A stretch of DNA of 28,243 bases. Origin: a virus. Taxonomy: Duplodnaviria; Caudoviricetes. The translations under genes and the position numbers were made by a program. The notes under the pieces were generated by a model. It was not told where the DNA came from. It ran no database searches and saw nothing but the letters and a program-made list of their open reading frames with translations. The stretch covers positions 1 through 28,243 of the IMG/VR virus record IMGVR_UViG_3300049173_000073. One strand, 5' to 3'. Of the stretch, positions 15,560-24,998 are shown piece by piece (position 1 is the stretch's first letter; the number at the start of each line of letters is the position of its first letter).

Positions 15560-17158
15560 CTACTCCGGAACAGCGTCCGGGGTGGGGGCCTTGGCTTCGC
15601 CTCGCCGAGCGCGCGGTACTGCGGCGGCCGCCTTCTCCGTCAGCTCCTGCTCGTACTCCGTGAACAGTTCGAGGTACGTGTCCGCGGTCAGGGTGATGGT
15701 CGAATGGCGGAGCTTCACCTTGGCGTCATGCACGTCTCCGCCGCCGGCCTTCACGAGCGCGGCCGCGCCGTGGCGCAAGTCCCGGAGGTTGATCGGAGGC
15801 AGGTCCGCGGCCTCGACGATCCGCTTGAACTCCTTGCTGACGACGTCGGGGTGGAGCCAGCTCCCATCCTCCGCAGCGAAGATCTTTCCAGTGTCGACCC
15901 AGTCCGCCGTCTGCTTGCCGGACGCCCGCTCCTCGGCGGCCTTGGCATTCCAGGCGTCCCGCTCCTGTAGTTGGCGAGCACGGTGCTCCTTGAGGACCGT
16001 CACCGTCCCTCGGTCAATCATCACGGAGGACATCGACGAGTCTGTCTTAGGCGCCGTCTCGATGACCTCCCAGCCGTCGACGACGAGTTCGGTGAGCACG
16101 TCGAGGCGGGGCTGTGCGGAGTCGAGGTGAGCGTTCGCCCAGTCCGCGCCGACAGCTTCTCCGCGGCGCAGGCCATGGTGCGAGATGACGTGGAAGGCCG
16201 CGTACAGCCTGCTGCTCTCGGCCTCGTCGAGGAATGCGCCGAGCTGGACGGGCGTCCAGACCATGACGGGTGACGGCTGCTTCCCTGTCTCTCGCCAGCG
16301 GGCCACTCGTTCGTCGGTCCACAGCAGGCCCTTGGGGCGCGCGCTGGAGCCGAGTTCGACGTGGGCGGCCGCATTGAAGGTGATCAGTTGTTCGGCGATC
16401 GCCTTGTTGAGGGCGGCTCGCAAGGTGCGCCGGATCGCGTGGCGGGTCGCCACGGTGTTCGTCTTCCGGTACGGCTTCATCTCGGCGAGCTTCGCGCGCT
16501 CAGCAGCCAGGCGCTCGCGCTCCTTGGCCGGAGGCCTGCCCGGCCTGGCCCACTTGGCGCGTGCTTCCTGCTCGCGTCGGGCCTCGTTCTCTGCCCGGAT
16601 CACGTCGCTCTCGTCAGCGATCGCATCGAACATCTCCTGGACGTGCCCGACGCCGAGCCGGTCCAGGCGCAGGTGTCCGATGCGCGGCTTCAGGTGCACG
16701 CGGATGTGGGAGGCATAGCCGTTGTTCGTGGTCTGCCTCGTCTTCTTGTTCGACATCCAGCGGTCCAGCCATTCGGCGACCGTGGCCTTGCCGTCGAGGG
16801 GGACGCCGACGCCGAGGCGTCGCTGCACTTCGGCTGGTTCGGGGATGTCGGCGCGTCGCTTCGAAATGTCAGCGAGCAAATCCCCGACCCTGCGTTGTTC
16901 GTCTTCGTCGTCACCGGGGAGCGCAAGGATGGCCTGTAGGCGGGAGAGGTCGCCCTGGGCCTCCGTGACGCTTCCGTATCCAGTGCGCCGGAACGATCGG
17001 CGCTTGCCGTCGGCACCGGGAGGGAGTTCCTGCCGTACCGCCGCCGCGCCATGGTTCTTCTTCTTCAACTGGGGACAGCCATTCCCCAGCAGTTTGCCGC
17101 CCGCACCACGGCACTCGCACCGCTTGTAGATGCTTCCTGCCCTACGCGCTGACGGCAT
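15560..17158 (-). CDS. int: Tyrosine recombinase / phage integrase
   Basis: GLRRGE (Arg), PKT (Lys), RDLRH, LRHS and DTY catalytic motifs; 532 aa; transcribed toward the att core. Confidence 0.96.
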   Translation of the reverse strand: MPSARRAGSIYKRCECRGAGGKLLGNGCPQLKKKNHGAAAVRQELPPGADGKRRSFRRTGYGSVTEAQGDLSRLQAILALPGDDEDEQRRVGDLLADISKRRADIPEPAEVQRRLGVGVPLDGKATVAEWLDRWMSNKKTRQTTNNGYASHIRVHLKPRIGHLRLDRLGVGHVQEMFDAIADESDVIRAENEARREQEARAKWARPGRPPAKERERLAAERAKLAEMKPYRKTNTVATRHAIRRTLRAALNKAIAEQLITFNAAAHVELGSSARPKGLLWTDERVARWRETGKQPSPVMVWTPVQLGAFLDEAESSRLYAAFHVISHHGLRRGEAVGADWANAHLDSAQPRLDVLTELVVDGWEVIETAPKTDSSMSSVMIDRGTVTVLKEHRARQLQERDAWNAKAAEERASGKQTADWVDTGKIFAAEDGSWLHPDVVSKEFKRIVEAADLPPINLRDLRHGAAALVKAGGGDVHDAKVKLRHSTITLTADTYLELFTEYEQELTEKAAAAVPRARRGEAKAPTPDAVPE

Positions 17159-17163
17159 GTGAG

Positions 17164-17400
17164 CTACTCCTTCCGCTCTGGGGGCTTTTCAGTACGCCCG
17201 ACGTCGATGTGGGCGAGACCCACACCCAAGACGTGATCCGCAGCCTCGTTGAGCCGGTCGAGCATCTTCTGATCCATGCCCGCATTCGGACGTACTGCGA
17301 AACACAGTCCATGGTCGCTCTTGATCAGCACTATCAGCTCAGATTCGGGCACATCGTCGCTGAAGACGTACCAGACCCGTGGACCGCGTGGTGGCTCCAT
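17164..17400 (-). CDS. Hypothetical protein upstream of the integrase
   Basis: 78 aa; GGAGG RBS; ends 5 nt before the int start. Confidence 0.65.
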   Translation of the reverse strand: MEPPRGPRVWYVFSDDVPESELIVLIKSDHGLCFAVRPNAGMDQKMLDRLNEAADHVLGVGLAHIDVGRTEKPPERKE

Positions 17401-17556
17401 GCAGCCTCCCCCATCTCCCGCTCACGCGTTCGATTTTAATTCTGGACCAGCACCCTTCCTTCCAAAGGCGTTCGCACATGATCGCACCACCAGCCCCAAA
17501 GTGCTACAGGCTGCTCGCGATCATCACAGAGAGTGATGTCATGGTTAGCGCTTACT

Positions 17557-17994
17557 TCACTCGCCCGGGGCATGCGGTGGCACCAGCGTGTCAATGAGGC
17601 GCAGCAGGTTGTCCCGCTGTTCCTTGGGCAGCTGGTCCAGCTTGTGCACGTAGGCCCTGGCCTCCGATGAACCACTCTTCAGTGGGTCGACACCGAAGAA
17701 CTGGGAACCGGCTGCATCCTGGAGGGCCTCCACCGGCAGTTCACAGGCCGCCGCAAGGGCGCACAGCTCCTCATAGCCCGGGGCGTTGACCTTCTCCCCC
17801 GACTCCAGCCGGACGATCCATCCGCGCGTCACCCGCTTCCCGGACACCGGGTCGACCGCCTTGCGCGCGAAGACGTCCAGACTCTCGTTCAGCTCAGCGC
17901 GACGGTTACGGATGAAGTCCCTGAACTGCGTGCGGCGTTCAGGTTCCCGGGCATCGCCACTTGGGGGCGTCGGGTTAGAGGCCATGGGGGTCAT
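17557..17994 (-). CDS. Immunity repressor candidate (XRE-like HTH)
   Basis: AGGAG RBS before ATG17994 (alternative 17985); FIRNRRAELNESLDVFA...VTRGWIVRLESGE; divergent from the Cro-like gene. Confidence 0.75.
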   Translation of the reverse strand: MTPMASNPTPPSGDAREPERRTQFRDFIRNRRAELNESLDVFARKAVDPVSGKRVTRGWIVRLESGEKVNAPGYEELCALAAACELPVEALQDAAGSQFFGVDPLKSGSSEARAYVHKLDQLPKEQRDNLLRLIDTLVPPHAPGE

Positions 17995-18082
17995 CCTGCC
18001 ACTCCTGTGGTCAAGGGGAGATGCGAGGCGTTCAGGGCCTGCGGCGTTCGTTGGGGCGTACGCCCAGGTCATGTGTTGCGTT

Positions 18083-18244
18083 CATTGTGTGCGCTGAACG
18101 GATTGTTCAGCACGTAGGGCTTTCGCGCCAGGTTGCACTGAGTCATTGACCGATTACCGCCGTACGCCCCCAGTCATTCAGCACGCTGGACAAACCGTTC
18201 AGCCCATGGAATGCTCGCGGCATCGCCGTTCAGCGCGATGAATG
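18083..18244. promoter_or_regulatory. Array of 18-bp operator-like sites, consensus YGTTCAGC-N6-AATG
   Basis: Copies at 18083-18100 (-), 18104 (partial), 18175-18192 (-), 18196-18213 and 18227-18244. Confidence 0.7.
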
Positions 18245-18264
18245 ATTCATACCGCGAGGTGAAC

Positions 18265-18558
18265 GTGAGCGAATCTCCACCCACGATGTACGCGGTCGTC
18301 AGCGGCGACCGACTCAAGCTCCTCATGGAGCGCACCGGCACCGGTGAGTCCATCACCAGCCGCGAACTGGCCGCCGCCGCCGGCGTAGCCAACGGGACCA
18401 TCGGCGCCCTCATGTCCGGCGCCCAGCGGACCGTGCCCGAGGACAAGGCCAAGGCCATCGTCGCCGCGCTCGGCGTCGACCTCTTGGTGCTGTTCATACC
18501 GATGGAGCGGGCGGGCCGCGCGGTCGTCCCCCTCCAGGTCCAGAGGGAGGCCTCATGA
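18265..18558 (+). CDS. Cro-like HTH regulator
   Basis: GAGGTG RBS then GTG18265; ITSRELAAAAGVANGTIGALMSG HTH; first rightward early gene. Confidence 0.8.
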   Translation: MSESPPTMYAVVSGDRLKLLMERTGTGESITSRELAAAAGVANGTIGALMSGAQRTVPEDKAKAIVAALGVDLLVLFIPMERAGRAVVPLQVQREAS

Positions 18559-18878
18559 CCACCAAAATCCAGCCGCTGACGCCGGAGCAGGTCCTGGGAC
18601 TTCCGGCCATGCCCCCCGTGAAGCAGGCGTTCGCCGCCCTGAACATCAGCGAGGGGACCGGCTACAAGCTCGTCCGCGAGGGCGAGTTCCCCATCGAGGT
18701 CATCGAGTTCGGCCGCGCCCAGCGCGTACGGAAGGCCGATCTGGTCGCCTTCCTCCGCCTCACCCCCGTCGCTGCTGCCGAGGTCCAGTCGGCAGCAGCG
18801 GCCAACAGCGACGGCGCCCCCGGGGTCCAGCCGGAAGCGCCGTCCGAGCAGTCCGAATCCACCCGCGCCAGCAAGTAG
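18555..18878 (+). CDS. Excisionase-like (Xis/AlpA-type) DNA-binding protein
   Basis: VKQAFAALNISEGTGYKLVREGEFPIEVIEFGRAQRVRKADL winged-HTH motif; GGAGG RBS. Confidence 0.8.
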   Translation: MTTKIQPLTPEQVLGLPAMPPVKQAFAALNISEGTGYKLVREGEFPIEVIEFGRAQRVRKADLVAFLRLTPVAAAEVQSAAAANSDGAPGVQPEAPSEQSESTRASK

Positions 18879-18894
18879 AGAACGGGGTCCGCTC

Positions 18895-19377
18895 ATGGCT
18901 GAGCTTCCCACGGTCGAAACCACGACCACCACGACCGAGGCCACCCGCGCGCTGGCCGGCATCGAGGCCGCCAAGCTGCTCGCGGACCGAGACGTCACCG
19001 AATGCCTCGATGCCATCGCCGACCTCATCCGCATCACCGGGGCGCCGGACGTCGTCTTCACCTGGGTCCGCCGACTCTTCGGGCGCGAGAACCTACGGCA
19101 GTACGCCGCCCAGCAGCACCTCACGCTGCACGAGTCCCGGGCTCCCGAGGAAGAGCAGTCGCCCCGCGCGGTTGTCATCTGGACCGCCGACGGAGGCGGT
19201 CTCGCCATCCTGCCCCCGAAGCAGGACCCGGCTACCTCCCTACTCCAGCTCCGCGAAGAGGTGGCCCGGCGCCAGGAAGAGCAGCAGCGCGCCGCCGACT
19301 TCCAGGCCTCCGTCGACACCGGCTACGTCGAGGACGTCGAGACGTGGCACGCCCGCACCGACCGGGCCTCGAAGTGA
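18895..19377 (+). CDS. Hypothetical protein
   Basis: 160 aa; GC3-biased codons; in the early operon. Confidence 0.7.
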   Translation: MAELPTVETTTTTTEATRALAGIEAAKLLADRDVTECLDAIADLIRITGAPDVVFTWVRRLFGRENLRQYAAQQHLTLHESRAPEEEQSPRAVVIWTADGGGLAILPPKQDPATSLLQLREEVARRQEEQQRAADFQASVDTGYVEDVETWHARTDRASK

Positions 19378-19610
19378 CCGCCTCGACAGCGCGGGCCCGG
19401 GACACCCCGGGCCGCGCGCCCATCCCCCAGCAGATCGACGGCCTGCTGGTCATCGACACGGAGAACGGCCGCGCCCGTTACGACTGCTTCCGTCCCGACT
19501 GCCCGCAGCCCCGCGAGGGCCCCGTCGTCTACAGGGCCGCCATCCCCGGGTTCATCGCCGCAGTTAAGTCCGAGCATCTCGCCCGGCACCACCAGGGGGA
19601 GACCCGTTGA
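19374..19610 (+). CDS. Small hypothetical protein with Cx4C...Hx3H motif
   Basis: GTGA and TTGA overlaps with both neighbours; YDCFRPDC...EHLARHH. Confidence 0.6.
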   Translation: MTASTARARDTPGRAPIPQQIDGLLVIDTENGRARYDCFRPDCPQPREGPVVYRAAIPGFIAAVKSEHLARHHQGETR

Positions 19611-22447
19611 CCGACTCACAGACCCCGGACCTCCGAGCGGCAGCCCGAGAGCTGCACGAGGCTGGCCTGTGCGTCCTGCCTGTTCGAGCAGACGGCACCA
19701 AGGCACCGGACGTCCGCAGTTGGATCCAGTACAAGGTCGAACGTTCCACCCCCGAGGACCACGACCGGTGGTTCGGTGACGGCCGCCGCACCGGGATCGG
19801 TGTCGTCACCGGTGGCGTGTCCGGGAACGTCGAACTCATCGAGTTCGAGGGCCTGGCCGTCCAGGAAGGCATCCTCGACAAGGTCACCGAGCTCGCCAAC
19901 AACAGCGGACTGGCCGACCTCTGGCAGGCCGTCACCAGCGGCTGGGCCGACCAGTCCCCCTCCGGCGGCGTGCACTACAAGGTGATCGTCCAGGGCAGGC
20001 CCGCAGCCGCCAACAAGAAGCTGGCACGGCGCCTCGCACGGGAAGACGAGTACACCCCGGAAGAGCGCCAGCGCCTCGCCGAGAAGCCCAACACGAAGAT
20101 CGTGCGGGTCCTGATCGAGACGCGCGGCGAGGGCGGCTTCGTCGTCATCGCCCCATCGCACGGGCCCACTCACCCCAGTGGCAACCCGTACGTCCGGCTC
20201 GCTGGCGGACCCACCACCATGCCCGTTCTCAGCGCAGAGGACATGGATGCGCTCTACGCCCTGTGCCAGGCGTTCGACGCGATGCCTACGAACGAGGCTC
20301 CGAAGACAGCACCCCGGCCGGCGCCACCCCGCCCCGACGGGTCCCTTCGCCCGGGCGACGACTTCGAGGCCCGAGCCGACTGGGCGGACATCCTCCGGGG
20401 TGTCTTCCGGCCGCTGAACACCCGAGGCAGCGAAACCTACTGGGGATGGGCCGACGGCGTCGGCGGTGTGAAGGCCACGACAGGGAAAGACGAGCACGAC
20501 CGGCTGTTCGTCTTCGCCACCGGCAGCGAGTTCCAGAGCGAGGTCCCCTACAGCAAGTTCGGCGCGTACGCCCTGCTCAACCACGGCGGTGACCACAAGG
20601 CCGCCGCGCGCGAACTCGCCCTGAAGGGATACGGAAGCCGCCGCCTCGTCTCGGTCGGTGCGGCGGGCGCCTCTGCCCACGCCCCCGCTAAGGAGGTGCC
20701 GGACGCTGCCGAGACACCCGAGGCCACGACCGACGATCCCGAGGACGACGCGGCGTTCGGCTACGACACCACCTTCGGCCTGCCCGACTCGGTCCGTACG
20801 CCGTACGGCTACCGCGTCACAGGCCAGGGCGTCGAGGTGCTCAGCCAGAACGGCGAGACCTGGAACCGCGTCACCTTCGCGCCGCTGGTCGTGACAGCGA
20901 CGTTCGAGGACCCCGAGGGCGACCAGTACGTAGAGCTGTCGTGGATCGACCGCAGCCTCGGCCGGCCCCGCCGCATCTCCCGCATCGTCTCCCGGGAGAC
21001 CGCGAAGCGCGGCAGGAAGCTCATCGAGTACCTCGGGAGCGCCGGGCTCCCCGCCGTCGAGGGCGACGCCCGGGCCGTCGAGAAGTGGCTCGCCGAGTTC
21101 GAGGCCCGCAACGTCGGACGCATCCCGTCCGAGCAGCTGGCCCGCTGGCTGGGCTGGCAGGACGACGGCACGTTCGTCTCCTCCCCCGAGGACGGCATCA
21201 AGGTCGACGTCCCGTTCGAGGAGCAGCGCGGTCCCGCCCGTGCACACGCCAGGAAAGGAACGCTGGAGGGCTGGCAGGAGACCGTCGCCCACCTGACCGG
21301 CTTCCCCGTGCCGCGCGTCGCCGTCGCGGCCGCGCTCGCCGCCCCCCTGCTGAAGCCGCTGGGCCTGAACTCCTTCACCCTCGACATCAGCAGCCGTTCC
21401 ACCAAGGGCAAGACGACTGCGCTCCAGTGCGCGCTGTCCGTGTGGGCGGACCCGTCCGAGCACGCATCGGCGATGTCCAACTGGCGCACCACTCTGTACG
21501 CGATCGAGAAGCGGCTGAACTTGGTGCGCGGGATCGTCACCGTCTTTGACGAGACCATGGCCGTCACGGACGACACCCTCATCGACGAGGTGCTCTACCA
21601 GCTCCCGATGAACCACGGGAAGGCCAGGTCTGGCGGGGCGTTCGGCAACATGCTGCCCTGGGAGACCATCCTCCTGTCCTCCGGCGAGCGGCCCGCTCTC
21701 AGCTTCACGACCAGCCAGGGCGCGGCTGCCCGCATCCTCGGCACGACGATCGCCCCGTTCGGTGACGGCGGAGGCCCGGCAGCCGCCGCGGCCCGCGACG
21801 GCGTCCTCGCCCACCACGGGCACGCAGGCCCCGAGTTCATCCGGTACATCCTCAGCGGCCTCGCCCAGCCGAACGGCAGAGAGAAGCTCAAGGAGCACCA
21901 CCGCACGCTGGTGGACGAGTTCCGCGGCGGCAGCGACATGACGAACCGCAGGGCTCCCATGGTGGCGGCCCTGGTGCTCGCCGAGACGCTGGCGTGCCGT
22001 ACTGGCCTGCTGCCGTACGAGCCGCTCGCCCACGAGGTCTGGCGGACGCTCTTCACGGCCCACAACCCCACCGACAACCGGCCCGAGATGGCGTTGGACG
22101 TCCTGCGGGAGTACATCGCGGGCCACTCCCATGAGCTGTTCACCGCGACGCGTGCGGCCATGAACGAGAAGCCTCCGTACTCCGGATGGCTCGGCGCCCT
22201 CTCCACCGACAAGGCGGGCGTCATCGAGGTGGCGCTGTTGCCCGAGCGCGTCCGCCAGATCCTTGCTGCGGCCGACTACTCGCTGGACGCCGTCGTGGGC
22301 AGCTGGGTGGACGCCGGCTACCTGAAGACGCTGAAGAGCCAGCGTCCGGCGCACCTCGTACCGCGTCGCTTCGACGGCGCGCGCGCGAAGTGCCTCGCCT
22401 TCACCCCCGAGGGCATCCCGTTCGGCGACGAGGACGTGGCGGCATGA
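19607..22447 (+). CDS. Bifunctional primase-polymerase (Prim-Pol) fused to a DUF927-like helicase/ATPase domain
   Basis: GLCVLP...KAP, GIGVVTGGVSG, IEFE, SPSGGVH and TRGEGGFVVIAPS AEP motifs; LGW, GTLEGW, Walker A STKGKTT, Walker B VFDE, ILLSSGE; TTG start. Confidence 0.88.
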   Translation: MTDSQTPDLRAAARELHEAGLCVLPVRADGTKAPDVRSWIQYKVERSTPEDHDRWFGDGRRTGIGVVTGGVSGNVELIEFEGLAVQEGILDKVTELANNSGLADLWQAVTSGWADQSPSGGVHYKVIVQGRPAAANKKLARRLAREDEYTPEERQRLAEKPNTKIVRVLIETRGEGGFVVIAPSHGPTHPSGNPYVRLAGGPTTMPVLSAEDMDALYALCQAFDAMPTNEAPKTAPRPAPPRPDGSLRPGDDFEARADWADILRGVFRPLNTRGSETYWGWADGVGGVKATTGKDEHDRLFVFATGSEFQSEVPYSKFGAYALLNHGGDHKAAARELALKGYGSRRLVSVGAAGASAHAPAKEVPDAAETPEATTDDPEDDAAFGYDTTFGLPDSVRTPYGYRVTGQGVEVLSQNGETWNRVTFAPLVVTATFEDPEGDQYVELSWIDRSLGRPRRISRIVSRETAKRGRKLIEYLGSAGLPAVEGDARAVEKWLAEFEARNVGRIPSEQLARWLGWQDDGTFVSSPEDGIKVDVPFEEQRGPARAHARKGTLEGWQETVAHLTGFPVPRVAVAAALAAPLLKPLGLNSFTLDISSRSTKGKTTALQCALSVWADPSEHASAMSNWRTTLYAIEKRLNLVRGIVTVFDETMAVTDDTLIDEVLYQLPMNHGKARSGGAFGNMLPWETILLSSGERPALSFTTSQGAAARILGTTIAPFGDGGGPAAAAARDGVLAHHGHAGPEFIRYILSGLAQPNGREKLKEHHRTLVDEFRGGSDMTNRRAPMVAALVLAETLACRTGLLPYEPLAHEVWRTLFTAHNPTDNRPEMALDVLREYIAGHSHELFTATRAAMNEKPPYSGWLGALSTDKAGVIEVALLPERVRQILAAADYSLDAVVGSWVDAGYLKTLKSQRPAHLVPRRFDGARAKCLAFTPEGIPFGDEDVAA

Positions 22448-22459
22448 CGGCCTCCGCGG

Positions 22460-22742
22460 CGCTGGTACGCACGACGTGCGTACCAGCGGGCCGCCCGAGT
22501 CTGCGCAGGTCAGGCGCATATCCGGGCCCTTCCACGGCCCGGTACGCAGTCGCCCGGAAATGGCACCCCTCGGGGGTGTGCGTGTGCGCGCGTGCCCGCG
22601 TGTGCGCGTGCGTGCAGGCGCACACACATGGACCCCTATGTGTTTCTGCGTACCTGCGTACCACTTGCTCTAGAGAGAGACATAAGAGCAGGTCAGAGCC
22701 ACTTTTTGCCCGGTACGCAGCCGGTACGCAGCCGGTACGCAG
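22460..22742. repeat. Candidate replication origin: GGTACGCA iterons, 29-bp palindrome and alternating purine-pyrimidine tract
   Basis: Palindrome 22460-22488; GGTACGCA at 22541; inverted TGCGTACC twice at 22647-22662; (CCGGTACGCAG)x3 at 22710-22742. Confidence 0.7.
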
Positions 22743-22785
22743 CTCGTACCGCTCCTCTCCCTCCACCACCGAATCGAGGTGCCCC

Positions 22786-24396
22786 ATGTCCTTCACCCCC
22801 CGCCCCTACCAGCTCGACGCCATTGAGGCGCTGCGCCAGGGCTGGGCCGACGGCAAGAACCGCGTGGCCGTCGTCCTCCCGACCGGCGCGGGCAAGACCG
22901 TGGTTTTCTCCCACCTGGCCCACCAGATGCTCGACAGCCTCGGCGGCCGCCGCGCGCTCGTCATCGCCCACCGCGAGGAGCTCATCGAGCAGGCGGCTTC
23001 CAAGCTGCTCGCCGTCGACCCCATGCTCCGCGTCGGCATCGTCAAGGCCCAGCGCGACGACCACCACGACGCCGACGTGATCGTGGCCAGCGTCCAGACC
23101 CTGGCAGTACCGAAGCGCCGCGAGGCCATCCGCGACATCGGCCTGATCATCGTGGACGAGTGCCACCACGCCGCCGCCCGCACCTACATGGAGGTCCTCC
23201 AGCACTTCGGAGCCTGGGACGGCGTACCGACGGCTGGCTTCACCGCGACCATGACCCGCACCGACGGCGGCCTGGCAGAGGTCTGGGAAGACGTCGTCTT
23301 CCGCCTCGACATCCTCGACATGATCAGCGACGGCTACCTGTGCGACGTCCGCGGCAAGGCCATCACCGTCGACACCCTCGACCTCAACAAGGTGAAGACC
23401 CGGGGCGGCGACCTGATCGACGGGCAGCTCGGCAAGGCGCTGGAGGACTCCGGCGCGCTGGACGCCATCGCCAAGGCGTACGTCGACCACGCAGGCGACC
23501 GGGCTGGCGTCGTCTTCACGCCGACCGTGGCGACCGCCCAGCAGGCCGCCGCCGCGCTGGAAGCGGTGGGCATCAAGGCGGCACCGGTGTGGGGTGACAT
23601 GGGCCGTGACGAGCGCCGCGCCACCCTCGCCCGGTACGCGGCCGGCGAGGTGCAGGTGCTCACCAACTGCATGGTCTTGACCGAGGGATTCGACGCCCCG
23701 CACACCTCGTGCATCGTCGTCGCCCGGCCGACCAAGTCGCCCGGCCTGTATGTGCAGATGGTCGGCCGTGGCCTGCGCCCGGCGCCGGGAAAGCGTGACG
23801 CACTGCTGCTCGACGTCATGGGCGCCGCCTCCCGCCACAAGCTCGCCTCGATGGTCGACCTCACCGAGCGGGAGATCGGCGAGGCCGAAGAGGGCAAGAG
23901 CCTCCGGCAGGTCGCCGAAGAGCACGTTGCCAGCGAGAAGCGGCGCGCGCTCGCCGCACAGGTGACCGCCGAGGAGATCAACCTGTTCGGCCAGTCCGCG
24001 ATCCGGTGGCTGCGCACCGAGGACGGCACCTGGTTCATCCGCCTGACCGGCGCCATGTTCCTGTTCCTCGTCCGCGACCCCGGGACCCGGCTGTACCGGA
24101 TGCGCCGCTGGACGCAGGCGAACGGCGTACATCCACCGAAGGATGACGTGGCCCGGCAGCTGCCGGAGGCCCTGGCGTGGCTGGAGCAGCAGGCCAAGAC
24201 CTTGGCCCCGGGGGCGTTCGTTGCCCGCGAGGCCCGGTGGCGCAGTAGCCAGCCCACCGCGAAGCAGCTCGGTCTGTGCCGGCGCCTCGGCATCAAGGTG
24301 CCGCGCGGCAGTACGGCGGGCGACGTCGCCGACCTCATCGACCAGGACCGCGTCGGGCGCGTCCTCGGTCAGCTCAGCCTTCCCATCGCCGCGTAG
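22786..24396 (+). CDS. SF2 DEAD/DEAH-box helicase (ResIII + Helicase_C type)
   Basis: GAGGTG RBS then ATG22786; PRPYQ, PTGAGKT, DECHH, TAT, LTEGFD and QMVGRGLR motifs. Confidence 0.95.
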   Translation: MSFTPRPYQLDAIEALRQGWADGKNRVAVVLPTGAGKTVVFSHLAHQMLDSLGGRRALVIAHREELIEQAASKLLAVDPMLRVGIVKAQRDDHHDADVIVASVQTLAVPKRREAIRDIGLIIVDECHHAAARTYMEVLQHFGAWDGVPTAGFTATMTRTDGGLAEVWEDVVFRLDILDMISDGYLCDVRGKAITVDTLDLNKVKTRGGDLIDGQLGKALEDSGALDAIAKAYVDHAGDRAGVVFTPTVATAQQAAAALEAVGIKAAPVWGDMGRDERRATLARYAAGEVQVLTNCMVLTEGFDAPHTSCIVVARPTKSPGLYVQMVGRGLRPAPGKRDALLLDVMGAASRHKLASMVDLTEREIGEAEEGKSLRQVAEEHVASEKRRALAAQVTAEEINLFGQSAIRWLRTEDGTWFIRLTGAMFLFLVRDPGTRLYRMRRWTQANGVHPPKDDVARQLPEALAWLEQQAKTLAPGAFVAREARWRSSQPTAKQLGLCRRLGIKVPRGSTAGDVADLIDQDRVGRVLGQLSLPIAA

Positions 24397-24397
24397 C

Positions 24398-24428
24398 GGT
24401 CCGGGCCTGCCCTTAACAGGCCCGGACC
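24398..24428 (+). terminator. Intergenic hairpin after the helicase
   Basis: 12-bp perfect stem GGTCCGGGCCTG/CAGGCCCGGACC; no U-tract. Confidence 0.5.
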
Positions 24429-24455
24429 TCCATCCATCACACCACGGAGGAACCC

Positions 24456-24998
24456 ATGACCGAGACCCGCACCCTGCCCCACGACCCGTACATCACCGCC
24501 GTCTGCGACGCCCTCACCGCCGCCGGACTGGAGCTCACGGACCACTGCTGGACTGACGACGGTGAGACCCGCGGCATGTACTGCTACCTCAACGCCGTCA
24601 TCACCGTCGACCCGTCCGGCACCATCGCCTCGGGCGACGAGGAGGCGCAGGACGACGCCGAGTGGCCGCACGGCCTGCTGCTGATCTGGGAGTGGCACAC
24701 CGGCATCGAGGCCGAGCACGGGGAGCCCGACCGCGGCCCCGTCTGGCTGTTCGCCGAGCTGAAGGCGGACGGCTCCAACGAGTACCCGACGTGGCTGCCC
24801 GCCGAGGGCTACGCGTCCCCGGCCGCGATCGTCGAGGCCACCCGAAAGGTCATCGATCGGAGCATCGGCGCCGGCCACTCCTTCAACTTCGGCCAGCCGA
24901 ATTGGGACGGCGGGATCATCGGCGGCTCGTGGGAGCGCGCCGAAGAGTTGGACGCCGCCTGCGAGGAGTGGGGCGCCGACGAGGGCGCCGTGTCATGA
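24456..24998 (+). CDS. Strongly acidic hypothetical protein
   Basis: GGAGG RBS; 180 aa; about 35 D/E versus about 8 K/R by manual count. Confidence 0.8.
   Translation: MTETRTLPHDPYITAVCDALTAAGLELTDHCWTDDGETRGMYCYLNAVITVDPSGTIASGDEEAQDDAEWPHGLLLIWEWHTGIEAEHGEPDRGPVWLFAELKADGSNEYPTWLPAEGYASPAAIVEATRKVIDRSIGAGHSFNFGQPNWDGGIIGGSWERAEELDAACEEWGADEGAVS

Noticed and set aside
22710-22742. CRISPR array
   Set aside because: 11-bp tandem repeats without spacers; no cas genes
22186-22785. 200-aa N-terminal extension of the helicase in the ORF track
   Set aside because: Overlaps the primase and translates the iteron region; the RBS and Q-motif support ATG22786
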